Notes under the pieces: generated by a model
The model's input: the letters and a program-made list of their open reading frames with translations, nothing else
The model's database searches: none
What the model was told of the DNA's origin: nothing
Assembly: GCA_027923505.1 (NCBI GenBank)
Contig: BROI01000018.1
Location: forward strand, 62,001 to 126,000
Origin: Mayamaea pseudoterrestris
Taxonomy: Eukaryota
DNA length: 64,000 nt
Direction: 5' to 3'
Part shown: positions 10,459 through 21,878 of the stretch, piece after piece
How positions within the stretch are numbered: the first letter of the stretch is position 1
How the letters are laid out: every line of letters starts with the position of its first letter
Program-made: the position numbers and the translations under genes

Positions 10459-13199
10459 ATGACAGCTCCAGACAATGAAGATGAGAGTGGATTCATGACT
10501 CCAGAAATGCTCTTGGCTGACTTACAGCAACCAGATCAAGAAGAAGATGCTGACCAAATCGAGGTACAAACGGATGACACTCATTCCAACGGCTCTCCAG
10601 CTCCCCAACCACTTCAAGACTTTTCGCACATTCAAAACGAACGCACCAGTTTCACGGCAGATTCTCCATACTTTAGTAGCTTCTGTGAAAAAGAAATTCA
10701 GTCTTTGACGGTTCTTTCTGATGCTTTAAAAGAGATTAGTACGCGTACAAAGACGTATGTACAGAATGGCGTCAACATGGTCGAGGCAACGCGTCGATTG
10801 GCCGCCTCGTGTCGACTCAAGCGTGAGCTGAGTTCAGAAGCAGACATGGAAGATCGCGAGAACGAAGAGACTGCTTTTCAATTGCGCAAACAAGCCGTTG
10901 GAGAGGAAATGGTCACACTCCTAGCTATGCTAGGTAGTGTAAGTCGTTTGCAATGTTGATCCAGGCTCAAAATGATTGACAAGATGAAAGATGCTAACTA
11001 TACTAATAATTGATCTTTTTCTCGCTTTAGGTTCTGGAGGAGACTGCATTTGCCCAGGAAAACATGTGTCGGTCGCTTGAACTCACACTTAGTGAGACTC
11101 TGGATGCCTTTATCGAATCGGAAACCAAAATGACATCGATACTCAAGCATCAGGCCGATGAAACAACCGAAGCGGCCGAACAGGTCTATTTAAAATACTT
11201 GACTGGAAAGGCTGTTACGAAGCCATACTCCTCTGCTAATAACAGCGGCAATGATTTGGATCATGGTGCTAGCAGCAGCAATGGCACGGCCAAGACGCGC
11301 GTCGGTAATTCGTTGCGCAACTGGTCAAAAAAGGCAGGTCTTTCGACAGAAATTACCGGGCCTCGTCGGACCGCTTCCAATGGCTCTCGCAACAATGTGG
11401 AAGGTGCCGACGCAGAATTATCGTCAGAGCTTCAGGCCGCAATTGCCAAAGCGGCTTACGCGGCCAACCTTCGTTCTACGCTCGAGCAAATTCGACTGGC
11501 CAATGCCACAGCCGAACTCAAGCGTTTTCAGCTTATGAAGCAGCTACTTAGTGTGAAGCATCGCAAACGTTTTGAACTGGGAGAATCAATTGTTGCATGT
11601 TTTCATGGGATGAATGCCTACTATCATCAGTGCGACGACTTGGTGTCGGGGGTCATTCCGCGACTGAACAGGCTACAAGTAGCACAAAACCAGTTGCGAG
11701 AATCCTTTCACAAGGTTACGTCACCTTCATGGCGCGAGCGCGAGCTGACCTTGATTGACACGACGAATCGTATCAAGGACGACTACATTACATCGGTCCG
11801 CGTGATGGATCGCGTCTCAGATGGCGACATAGTGGCTGTCAAAGAAAACCAAGATTTGGACGCGAAAACGGTAGAGGAGGAAGTCGACTTTTGGAACTTG
11901 TTTAAGATGCTTTCCTCGAATTCCAGGTTCCAGCGCGAATGTATGCCTGGCATTATCATTGAAGGGTGGCTGTACAAGAAGAGCAGCGCCATGATTTCGT
12001 TAAACCCATGGTCGCGTCGATGGTTTGGTATGGACAAGGATTCCATTTTTTACTATCGCCACGACTCGGAAATTCGTAAGGGAAGCTCGGATGTCGCCAA
12101 GTACTATGAACGTGTAAAAATGTGCGACGTTGTCTTGTGCACGATTCGTGAGTTGCCCAGTGACAGAAATGGAAGCAGGTATTGCTTTCAGCTCGTATCA
12201 CCATCGGAGAAGCCCTTGACTTTGCAGGCAAAGTCGGAAACGGACTATCGAATGTGGGTGGACGGAATCCGATCAAACATCGAAAAGCAGCTAGTTAGTG
12301 GTGATCCTCTAAAGGCTGATTTGAACAAAAATATCGGTTTGAAAGCCAAACGACCAAGTGATAGTAATTTAGATGCTGCGGCATACGCTGAGAGCTTCTC
12401 CGAGCTTCCTTTAGATGTTAACGACGATGCCGACAACGTTGTTTCAACACCCGTCGGTAACAAGCGCTCTTCACTCACGTCCTTTGTTTGTAAGGCCAAT
12501 CCAGTTGTTCGGGAGATCATGGAGATGAACCCCATTTGCGCTGATTGCGGCATGGCCGATCCAGACTGGGCTTCTCTCAATCTTGGTGTCTTGGTATGTA
12601 TTGAATGTAGCGCTGTGCACCGGTCGCTTGGTGTACACGTCAGCAAGATCCGTTCGTTGATGCTTGATTCGCTTAATGAGGGCGAGGAGAGACTTGTGTT
12701 ATCTCTGGGCAACGATAAAGTGAATCCTATTTGGGAGGAAGGCATGAAGCAGCAGGAAGGCTGGAAAAAGCCGACTGAATTGGTCGATCGCAAGACTCGA
12801 GAAGATTGGATTAAGAGCAAATACATGTGGAAAGGGTTTCTTGACTTTACGGGAACGGAAGAACTCAGCGAGGACGAGAGAATAGAAAAATATAGTCGTG
12901 ATTTGTTTGAGGCTGCCAGAAACGGCGATGTTTGTGGCGCCGTGTACGCTTTAAGTCATGGAGGGAGTGTTGATTGGATAAACAAGAACGATGGTGGTAA
13001 AACGCCGCTACATGCTAGTGTCCTTGTCAGAAAGGTTGAAGGGCAGCCGTGGCTTGCTATTGAAACTACCGAACTTCTTTTGCAGAACGGAGCGCGGATG
13101 GATGTTCTGGATGCGTCGTCGCACGGTTTGTTAGATTGCGCGCTTCTGGGCAATGCGGAACTTGCCATGGTCGAATTTTTGACAACAAAATTAGCTTAA
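10459..13199 (+). CDS. BAR-PH-ArfGAP-ankyrin protein (ACAP/AGD1-like); intron 10939-11030
   Basis: PH ([13 protein letters not shown]), ArfGAP ([27 protein letters not shown]), ANK (GKTPLH). Phase-0 GT-AG intron joins the two ORFs. Confidence 0.9.
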
Positions 13200-13230
13200 A
13201 TTGAATACAGATTATAGAAAAGGTTTAAAG

Positions 13231-16200
13231 CTAGCCATGGACTAATCTACGTTTGCGCCTCGGCGAAGGTACTTCGTCCTCGACGTGGCAGACACGTGCA
13301 CAAGTCTTGTCGCCAGAGCTGATTGTTCGAAAAGCATTGTCAAGCGGAGAACATGGTCCAAGATTTTCGCCCGGATCATCGTCTTCGTCTTCGTCATCAT
13401 CAAGGGATTCACCCATGTACTCTATCTCGATGGCAACATCTTCATCTTCGAACGGATTTAAGTCGCTGCATTGTTCTGTTCTGCCACGCATGTACTGTTT
13501 CATCGTTTCATTGACTGAAGACGAGAGTCGACTAAAACCAAGCGCATTCAACTCACCGGAGAGATCAGCAACGATTTGTTGAAAGCTAAATGCCTCGCAT
13601 GCACTACGGCAAGCTAGAACGTTCGTCGCATTTTCACTTATGAATTCGTCCGATGTCACACCAGCAGGCTCGCAAGGTCCGGGCATTCGAGTGCTCCTAC
13701 GAGCACTTCCCTTCCTCGATCGGTGAGTGTTTATCGATCGATGTGTATCGAGTTCTGATCGAATGATGCTATCGCTGTTCTCCATCGTTGTATAAGTTTC
13801 AAGCGAACGCAACGTCGAATAAAATGAGCTTTCCATTGTCTCATGAGTCTTGTAGCCCGTTCCCAATGATACACCATCATGATTGCGGGCAGGATTAGTT
13901 ATGTCTTTATATTTCAACGTGCCTGGCGCAAAGTCGGCGTGGTTAACTACTTCATTGTCGTTCTCCCCGGACTCGATATACCGTGACGCCGCATTGTAAC
14001 GATTTGTAAGCCGAATCTCCTCTTTCAATTGTTCAATTTCCGGCGTAGATACTCGATACGGCCTGAGCTGCGGTGGTGTTCCAACTAACGTTTGTTGCTG
14101 CTTGCTCGCCTGTTTCGGTGAAAGCGGTAAATTGCTACCGTTGTGCTTGTCGGTAGATTGCGGAAAGAGCATGTTGCTCGATTGTTGTTTCAAGATTGAT
14201 TCGTCTGCGTAAAAATTGAGTTGGTTGCATCCTTGTCGCCTCCGTCGCTCCAACATAACTTTTCCAGCACGGTTGGCCAGGGAGGAAGTGCCCGAAAAGA
14301 GGGATTGCGAGCCCACCAATGAGGATGCCATAGAATAACTCTCTGACAAGAAAGAGAAGTTGGTATCGGATGGATCAGACATGGGTGACATTATGCGGCT
14401 GTCGGACTCGTGCTCCAAGATACTTCTTGTAGTCGAAGAGAAGACAACTGGCGTTGTCGCAATTTCCGACTGTGAAACTTGTTCAAGTGATTGCTTTGCG
14501 GTCGTGCATGGTTTTGGTAACCTAGCCTCGAACTTCACCACCGGACTGTCTGGAATTTGTGAGCACATGAGTCCAGCATCAGCCTCAGCCTCAGCTTTCG
14601 CATTTTCCGTTTGTTTATTTCGCATCTGGGCCTTGAGCAGGTTTTTCTTCTCATTGTGATCACGTAGCTGGGAAGTTCTCCTATCACCATTTCGTTGTTC
14701 CCCGTTCGCTTCCGTGTCGAACAAGTGATCTGGCTCGTGAGCTATCGCTCTTGGACTCGCACACTGTGTGCCAGTGGAACCAACAAGATATCGACTGTCA
14801 TTTTCTGGCGTTTCTGCATTCTCCTGAAGAGGGGTTTCTCGTTGGAAGGGCGCACCTTTTTGATCCAATGCAATGTCCTTTCCCAGATATTCAAAGTTTT
14901 GAATGGCTTGTCTCATCATTGCTGATTTTCTTGAACTTGTCGATGTCGGGGCTGTTTTGGAAAATTCGACTGACGTTATAGATGTGGTCGGGGCATGTGG
15001 CCTATCCGCGCGCTTACTTTCAGCGCTTGCAGAATTTAAACGGTAATTGTGCTGGACAATATGTTTGCGTCCCAGTCTTACTAACTCACTTCTCTTTGAA
15101 ATGGATTTAAGTGCCCTGGGAGATGAAGGGCGCATGAAAGAGGGTTGTTGAGGAGCATCATCTGGTCGGTTCCATGCGGCGAATGCGGAGCACTTCGACG
15201 ACACAACCATTCCTCCATTCAAATTGCTAGATGTGGTTTCTACTATCTCGCTTTTAGTGATAGGGGAAGACGTGATGGATTGTGTGCGAGTTAGCCCAGA
15301 GAATCTAGCTGGTTTCACGGTCTTTGCTTTGGGGCTCGACTGATCCCACACATCAACGAAGAGTGACGGGGTCATCGGCGAGCTGAGAGATCTCTCACCA
15401 ATGAGTTCAGCGGGACTCGCATCAGGTACCTGAGCATCAAAGCAAGCACCCACTGCATCATTATTTGCAATACTACATGAGCTTTGGCATTTAGTAGTCG
15501 GTGCACCGGACGGCGGCGCACATCTTGGCACAAAATCATGGGTTTGTGCGCCGGTTAAACTTTTTGCGCCAAGGACCTTTTTTCCTTTAATCCGATTGTG
15601 CATCTTTCCCGAAAAAGACGCTAGTCGAGATGCAGCTGGGGAACTTGAAATCGACCTGGTTGACGTTGGAGTTGCTGGGTTGCTTCTATTGTAATGAACC
15701 TGTTCCGCAGCGGCACTCGTATCAGAGTGGCTGACCGCAGACAGTGCAAGCGCAGGTTTAGCCAAGTCGAAAGTAGTCTCACTTTCTTCGCGCTGCCACC
15801 GTTGTGTCGCGATGGGAGCTCGTGGGACTGCTACGTCTACTATTCCATTGGCTTTAGCCATAAGCTGCCATTTCTTGAAAACGGATGCCTGGGACGTAGA
15901 CGACGATTCGTGGATCGCATCGGAAGGTGCCGTGACTCTCCTGTCTTCATGATTGACAATGATCTGCGGAGAGCTGGCATCTGGGCTCGCAATTTCATCA
16001 GACAGAAGCGATTCTAAATCGTGTCGCGCGTCACTGCCACAGAAAGCCTTCGCCATCTCTTTCTCGCGATCCCGTTTCCTTGATGATGAACTGCGCTTCA
16101 CCGATGTACCACTTATTCGATTGACATCAGCAGCACTCGCAAGTAATGATTGTTTCGAAGTGGCTCGCGACGTTGAAAGAATCTCGTCTGCTTTTAATGG

Positions 16201-17586
16201 ATCAGATGTCTTTACTGATTCTTTCAAGCATGTATCAACGAGACTCGATTCCGCGTCCGAAGACGAGATGGGTTTCTCGGGCTTAAGCCATCGATCCAGC
16301 ACGCTGGGTCGTTTCCTCTCTGCTCTGTCATTTGGGGCTGCAGCGAATGGCCGCTGCGTTTTCAAAGCGGACGATGACTGCGTTGTCATGGAGCTAAAAG
16401 ATTCGCCTTTTTCGTGTCCAGGCGGAGGACAAGCATTCGTTTCTTCAACAATGGCTGCAGCGAATGGCCGCTGCGTTTTGAAAGCGGACGAAGACTGCGT
16501 TGTCATGGAGCGAAAAGATTCGCCTTTTTCGTTTCCAGGCGGAGGACAAGCTTTCGTTTTCGCAACCTCCTCTGTCACCAATATTTTCTTCACATTTTTG
16601 GTCGTGACGTTCTCTGCTGGTTGAGTATTCGTCGCCACATTTGCCTGATCGCGGACGTCTGATGGCTCACTTTGTATTTGTCGCGATGAAGATGCTCGCA
16701 TTCTCCACAAGGCCATTGCACTGACATGAGCTGGTTGGGCATCAATTTGTGTCGACGGGAAATCACTCTTTTCATCGCTACCATTCAGCGGCTTATCCGT
16801 CGAGCGCAAGTCATGCCATGACTTGAAACTTAAGCTGCTGTCCGAAATTACATCCGAGACTGGCTCGGCTTTATACGCATTGGTTTTGCACATTGCTTTA
16901 GAACCGCCATGAGACGAAGCGCAAGTGATTTCCAAGTCTGCGCGCTGTTCGACATCGCGCTTAGCTATCGGAGTGAGAGGGGCATTCGGGGATTGCAGCG
17001 TCACACTTGCCTCGGTAGGGAAAGGAGCTGGTGTAACATTCCCGGTAGTAGGTAGGCTATGATTTAATGCTTTCATTTGCCATGGCGGTGTTTGCACCTT
17101 GATGACATCCTTGATAGAGCTTGATGAAACTAATGTTCGCTCCTTCCAGACGTCTTTAATTGACATGGCGTATTGCTGCGCTTCTACATATTCTAGCTCG
17201 TCCTCCTTCTTTTCATCACAAAATGTAGCTGAATCGAACGGCGACTTGTTGTCAAAGATGGTGGCTTTTTCCATGAATGGAGTTGTTCGAGGCGCGGGTT
17301 TCGTAGGCGCCGATTCTCGCTTTCTCCATATATCCACAACACTTGCACGACGAGAAGGTTGAGCTTCATCTACTGCACTACCAACTCGTGGTTCCTCCTG
17401 TTGTAAAGCATTACCTAGGTCGGTATTGATGTTGTCAATTGCTTTTTCGGACGATGCAATGGTGCCAACATTAAACTTAGGTGGCGGAACTTGCTCAACA
17501 TGGTCGAGTGTGTCGTTCATCGCCCGTATACGGTCGCGAATGGACAAGGCGCTCCATTCGGAGCGAGTGAAGGAAGCTGTTGACAT
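13231..17586 (-). CDS. Large Ser-rich, likely disordered hypothetical protein (~1450 aa)
   Basis: Long uninterrupted ORF, first ATG 17586, acidic C-terminus, no recognisable domain. Confidence 0.7.
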   Translation of the reverse strand: MSTASFTRSEWSALSIRDRIRAMNDTLDHVEQVPPPKFNVGTIASSEKAIDNINTDLGNALQQEEPRVGSAVDEAQPSRRASVVDIWRKRESAPTKPAPRTTPFMEKATIFDNKSPFDSATFCDEKKEDELEYVEAQQYAMSIKDVWKERTLVSSSSIKDVIKVQTPPWQMKALNHSLPTTGNVTPAPFPTEASVTLQSPNAPLTPIAKRDVEQRADLEITCASSHGGSKAMCKTNAYKAEPVSDVISDSSLSFKSWHDLRSTDKPLNGSDEKSDFPSTQIDAQPAHVSAMALWRMRASSSRQIQSEPSDVRDQANVATNTQPAENVTTKNVKKILVTEEVAKTKACPPPGNEKGESFRSMTTQSSSAFKTQRPFAAAIVEETNACPPPGHEKGESFSSMTTQSSSALKTQRPFAAAPNDRAERKRPSVLDRWLKPEKPISSSDAESSLVDTCLKESVKTSDPLKADEILSTSRATSKQSLLASAADVNRISGTSVKRSSSSRKRDREKEMAKAFCGSDARHDLESLLSDEIASPDASSPQIIVNHEDRRVTAPSDAIHESSSTSQASVFKKWQLMAKANGIVDVAVPRAPIATQRWQREESETTFDLAKPALALSAVSHSDTSAAAEQVHYNRSNPATPTSTRSISSSPAASRLASFSGKMHNRIKGKKVLGAKSLTGAQTHDFVPRCAPPSGAPTTKCQSSCSIANNDAVGACFDAQVPDASPAELIGERSLSSPMTPSLFVDVWDQSSPKAKTVKPARFSGLTRTQSITSSPITKSEIVETTSSNLNGGMVVSSKCSAFAAWNRPDDAPQQPSFMRPSSPRALKSISKRSELVRLGRKHIVQHNYRLNSASAESKRADRPHAPTTSITSVEFSKTAPTSTSSRKSAMMRQAIQNFEYLGKDIALDQKGAPFQRETPLQENAETPENDSRYLVGSTGTQCASPRAIAHEPDHLFDTEANGEQRNGDRRTSQLRDHNEKKNLLKAQMRNKQTENAKAEAEADAGLMCSQIPDSPVVKFEARLPKPCTTAKQSLEQVSQSEIATTPVVFSSTTRSILEHESDSRIMSPMSDPSDTNFSFLSESYSMASSLVGSQSLFSGTSSLANRAGKVMLERRRRQGCNQLNFYADESILKQQSSNMLFPQSTDKHNGSNLPLSPKQASKQQQTLVGTPPQLRPYRVSTPEIEQLKEEIRLTNRYNAASRYIESGENDNEVVNHADFAPGTLKYKDITNPARNHDGVSLGTGYKTHETMESSFYSTLRSLETYTTMENSDSIIRSELDTHRSINTHRSRKGSARRSTRMPGPCEPAGVTSDEFISENATNVLACRSACEAFSFQQIVADLSGELNALGFSRLSSSVNETMKQYMRGRTEQCSDLNPFEDEDVAIEIEYMGESLDDDEDEDDDPGENLGPCSPLDNAFRTISSGDKTCARVCHVEDEVPSPRRKRRLVHG
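16336..16558. repeat. 117-bp (39-codon) intragenic tandem duplication
   Basis: ggctgcagcgaatggccgctgcgtttt... at 16336 and 16453. Confidence 0.9.
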
Positions 17587-18345
17587 ACTGCTGTCGTTGC
17601 CAATTTGTGCGTGCGCGATTGTTCTTTTGTTGTTGTATTCGTTGGCCTTTCGTTCCAAAGCAGAGGTTCAAGTCTTCCGTGCCAGTCCTTCTTCACCCAC
17701 AACTACAAGGATTCTTCCTTTTCGCCGCTCTTTCGTTTGTTTCTCTCACAGACGAACGAATCAGGTCTAGATTCGTCTCTCTCGCATGCGTTACCCAGGC
17801 ACCATTGTAGGTTTCAACGTACCTCTCCAACACTTGGCTTCGACTTGGATTTTGGCGGCGATTATGTGACGCCCCGACGCGCGCCAGGGTATCCTAGATT
17901 GAAGAGTATACATTAGCGACATGCTCCATCGCCAAAGTAGGCGACGCGCCTCAGCTGAGGGGCAATATATAGAGCATGACTCATGGCCGAACGGATAGTG
18001 TGTTACGAAAATCTGTGTCTCGGACAAACTTACTATATGTTTTAGTGTACACGCGGCTGGCGCGGCGTTGCAACGCTGATTCGAAAGCGGCAATGAAAAG
18101 ATTTGGAGTGAATGGCTCGACACCGCGCTTCGTCCTTCGCTACTTACGCTGGATGACCATGACAGTCAAAGGGCCAGAAAGAGCTGCTTCTCGATGGATC
18201 ATGTACTTAATAGAAGTGGAACATAACTAACGAAACTTGGTCGCATTAACAATAGCTGGAAGTTGATTTGTGAATAACAATAAAGCTACGAGGCTACAGC
18301 TCGTTCTCTTCCACGCTTTTCTTCAAGCACTGCACTGGATTTAAA

Positions 18346-20583
18346 ATGCCCGTCTACCTTTGTCAGTCGGGGTCAGAGGAGCCGGAACCATGGCGCTACG
18401 GCATTCAAGTCTATGCGAGTCCATTCAACATTGATTTATCAGATGTGACGCCTCGGGCAGGTCGAGATTTGGTGGTTGCTTCAAATATAAGCGAACAACC
18501 AACGACTGCTGGACATCCGATTCGTCGAGTGCGGCACGCTGAAGTTGTTTTAGTAGATGACGTTTGCGTGGCACACGAACGATACTGGCTGAGGCTGCGA
18601 TGGCCGGGCAGCAAGGGAGGCTTTGCCGGGTATATTGCCATGGGCTTGGTGACGGAAACTCCCAAGCAAGGTACGTTGAATACTGTCATTCGTCTCGTCT
18701 GGCTTTGTTTCACATCATTGACTCAACGACGTTCCATTTGCAGATCTGAATTTACCCGAAAATCAGGAGTTACGATTCATTGTTGAGGGAGCTCCAGGCG
18801 AGAACGAAATGGGCGGCAACGCGGAGGATGATTTTTTCCTCGAGAAGGATGATGACCCTTCTCGCGAGGAGGATCGCCCGGACAGTGGAAGCATGGAGTC
18901 ACCCTCGGAGCCGCTGGAAGCCTCTTCAAGCGCAACTTTAACCTGTTTACGCACCGGTGTGCCATTTCCGTCTGCAGCTGCCATGCCGTTGCTCGCTGCG
19001 TACGACGATGGCTTCCAACCACCAGCAGCCTTGCCCAGTTTCTTTGCGACTGAACCGGTTTTTTGTCGAATTTGTCGCGAAGGCTTGCATGATGATGCCG
19101 ATGAGGATCAACCAGCTCCTACGGCCGCTACAGAGGGAGAAGAAATTGCTGGGAGAAACACTTCAGACGCACTGCTCGGTGACGAGGCGGATGACGACGA
19201 ACCTGTAGAAGAAACATGGTCATTAATGGCGCAACACACGGCGGGACCAGTGCAGCCTCACCCATCCTACATTGCAAACAGCGAAGCCTTGCAAAATCCG
19301 TTTTTGGCTCCTTGCGAGTGCGCTGGCTCTATGGCCTTTGTACATTATTTGTGCGTGGAGCAGTGGCGTTGCCGATCGCGACACCCTAAGGCAATGAATG
19401 GACACAACTGCGAAACGTGCGGCGCCGCGTATACATTGCCACCACCATTGGAGCGACCGAACCACCTTCATCAGCTGGATCAGGAAGATTGGCTAGAGGC
19501 CATGCCACCGCATGTTATGCAGGCGCTCCGACAGCCGCATTTTTGTTGGCAAGTTGGCGCTGCTATTGTTCGACGACGATGGCTCCGACCGCTCGCTCCT
19601 ATTGTTATGTCTCCGATTGTCGCGCTATATTGTCGAGCCCGACGGTTACTGAAGAAGCGTGGAGTTTCGCGGCGGCGATGGGCTTGTAGCTTGTGCCGGC
19701 GGCGAGCGCGTTGGAAGGTACGAAATGTGGTTTTTTTAAATTGCTTCAAGTTAAACTCGACTTGCCACTCACCCACAATCACCTACTTCTACGACTCTTT
19801 TAGTGTGTCAGATGCTTGCGCAGCTACTATTGCTCACGGCAGTGTCAGAACGTGTCTTGGCACATATTGCACAAGCATGTTTGCTACAAACCATCGCGGC
19901 TATGGGCATCAGTTTTAGCGTATGGAGTGGCTACGCTCGCTCTATTTCCTGGCATTCTTCGTGACCCACTCATGTACGATTTGGGTCTCTGCTTGATTCC
20001 AACATCCTTCGTCATCATGGGTGTAATTGGAGGAGGCGCTGCCATGGCCATGAAGCGGTTTGCCGGCATGGATGTTCGCGGTCGGTTTCTGGAAATGATC
20101 GTTTTAGCATGTACAATATACTTGTTTGCAATTTCGTGGGGACTGGTCAGGGGGTTCTTTGGTGATACATCGGCTTGCTTGGGTGCTTTTGGTGAATATT
20201 ATGTTGCTGAGGACGATGCCGAGAATTGGTACATTTTGCATGCAGTGCGCAAGGTGATTCTTCAGCAGGGGAAATCATACTATGGACTTTGGGATCGATT
20301 GCCGCGCAAGCTGAACAGTGTTTGGTTTCAGGCCGCCGTTTGTTCGGATACTTGTCACGCTAGCGATTGCTGCTTTGAGCACTTGCCGAAGGCAAATCCC
20401 GACTTCTTCTTGGCCGAACATGGAGGAAGCAAGTGCGCGGCCGATTTGATCGGGGTTGCTTGGCTACACATTATTGCATTCGCTACCTTCGTCGGTTGCG
20501 CCATTTGGAAGCAGCAAGAGCGTGAACGACGTCGACACGGTCGCCGACCTGTGCGAGGCGAATGGCGGCTTCATCAAGATTAA
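18346..20583 (+). CDS. RINGv (MARCH-type) + zf-MYND + multi-TM putative E3 ligase; introns 18671-18743, 19718-19803
   Basis: FCRIC...PCECAGSMAFVHYLCVEQW..CETC. Spliced MYND CSLC..ARWKCVRCLRSYYCSRQCQNVSWHILHKHVC. Both introns restore frame. Confidence 0.85.
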
Positions 20584-20851
20584 AGTGGCTCTCGTCAACA
20601 TGTGTTTTAAATCGCAAAAGAGGTTTAGCTTTGTTATGATTAGTGATTTTGATTAGGTAGGTTGTCAAATGATCTTTGTCAACTAAACGCGCATCCGATG
20701 GGTAGCATTTCAGGTCATCGCGCGACGTGACTGCTATGACCGAAGCGCCCGTCGTTCGACGTGATGCTTCACAAATCCAAACAACAACATCTGTAGCAAT
20801 ATCTATAACCTCGTCACCAGTCTGTCGTACTGTCTGAACAATTGCCGGGCA

Positions 20852-21829
20852 ATGACGGAAACGAAGAACATTTTGCTCATTAATCTCAAACCTCCGTACA
20901 GTCTAAAGCCTTCCATTTTAAAGCTGACCTCACCCCAACGAACCCAATCAGTCATCCAATGCCTCATTTACGAAGACAGCGTTAACATTGTCGACCTGGA
21001 GACGGAGCAGTCCGAGCAGAAGCCAATCGAGTCAGCCGTCTTTGAGGACCTCTTCTTTAACTCCCACACCATAATCGTTCCCGATGGCATTTTCTCAAAG
21101 GATTCTCGCGTCTTTCACACTGACAAGTTTATTGATCAAGCATTAAGTGTTCTAGAGTGTTTCTACAAGGAACGACAAGGAAATGTTATAATCATGGCCT
21201 TTGAAGGAATATTTGGGATCGGGAGTGCCATCAATCCAGTCTTTGGCACCGAATGGTCCGTCAAGTTCTTTGAGAATTGTCGAGCAGCGCCAACCGCTCG
21301 AGGATACGAAATACTAGGACCAAACATTCCAAAAGCGCCAGATTTGACGGACTTGGCATATTTTATTGATGCACCTGAAGAGGAAGGATTGTACTGTCGC
21401 ATGCTGGCGAGCAAGGAGGACTTCCTCAAGGATTTTCATGCCGAAGACGAAACGTTTGAACGACTGGGCATTACGCCAACCGAAGGCATGGACTGTTTCG
21501 ATGCGGAGAAGAGTTGGGAGAATTACGTAAGACGAAATAGTGGTCGCTATGTGATATGTCTACATAAGGGAACCGCACCTGGTGAAGGCACTGTCGTTTG
21601 GTATGGAGATCGCGGGCAGTCAAGTGGAATGAGCTTCGTTTTCTGCAAAATGCTGAATTTGGGGGTTTCTGCCCGAGGTCTTTTGGACGACAAGGATCCG
21701 ACGGATGAATACATACAGCCAGCAACGTTAATGCGACATTGGGAGTTGCCAAGCACGATGACCATTGCATCTGTGCTGGCTATTCTACTTGCGATTGTCG
21801 CTAAACTCATGGGGTGCACGTTTGAATAG
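20852..21829 (+). CDS. Hypothetical protein with C-terminal TM anchor
   Basis: 325-aa ORF of globular composition ending IASVLAILLAIVAKL. Confidence 0.6.
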   Translation: MTETKNILLINLKPPYSLKPSILKLTSPQRTQSVIQCLIYEDSVNIVDLETEQSEQKPIESAVFEDLFFNSHTIIVPDGIFSKDSRVFHTDKFIDQALSVLECFYKERQGNVIIMAFEGIFGIGSAINPVFGTEWSVKFFENCRAAPTARGYEILGPNIPKAPDLTDLAYFIDAPEEEGLYCRMLASKEDFLKDFHAEDETFERLGITPTEGMDCFDAEKSWENYVRRNSGRYVICLHKGTAPGEGTVVWYGDRGQSSGMSFVFCKMLNLGVSARGLLDDKDPTDEYIQPATLMRHWELPSTMTIASVLAILLAIVAKLMGCTFE

Positions 21830-21878
21830 ATTCACCTTTAATAAGGAAGTAGCTATATACCAATGATTTGTACAAAGT

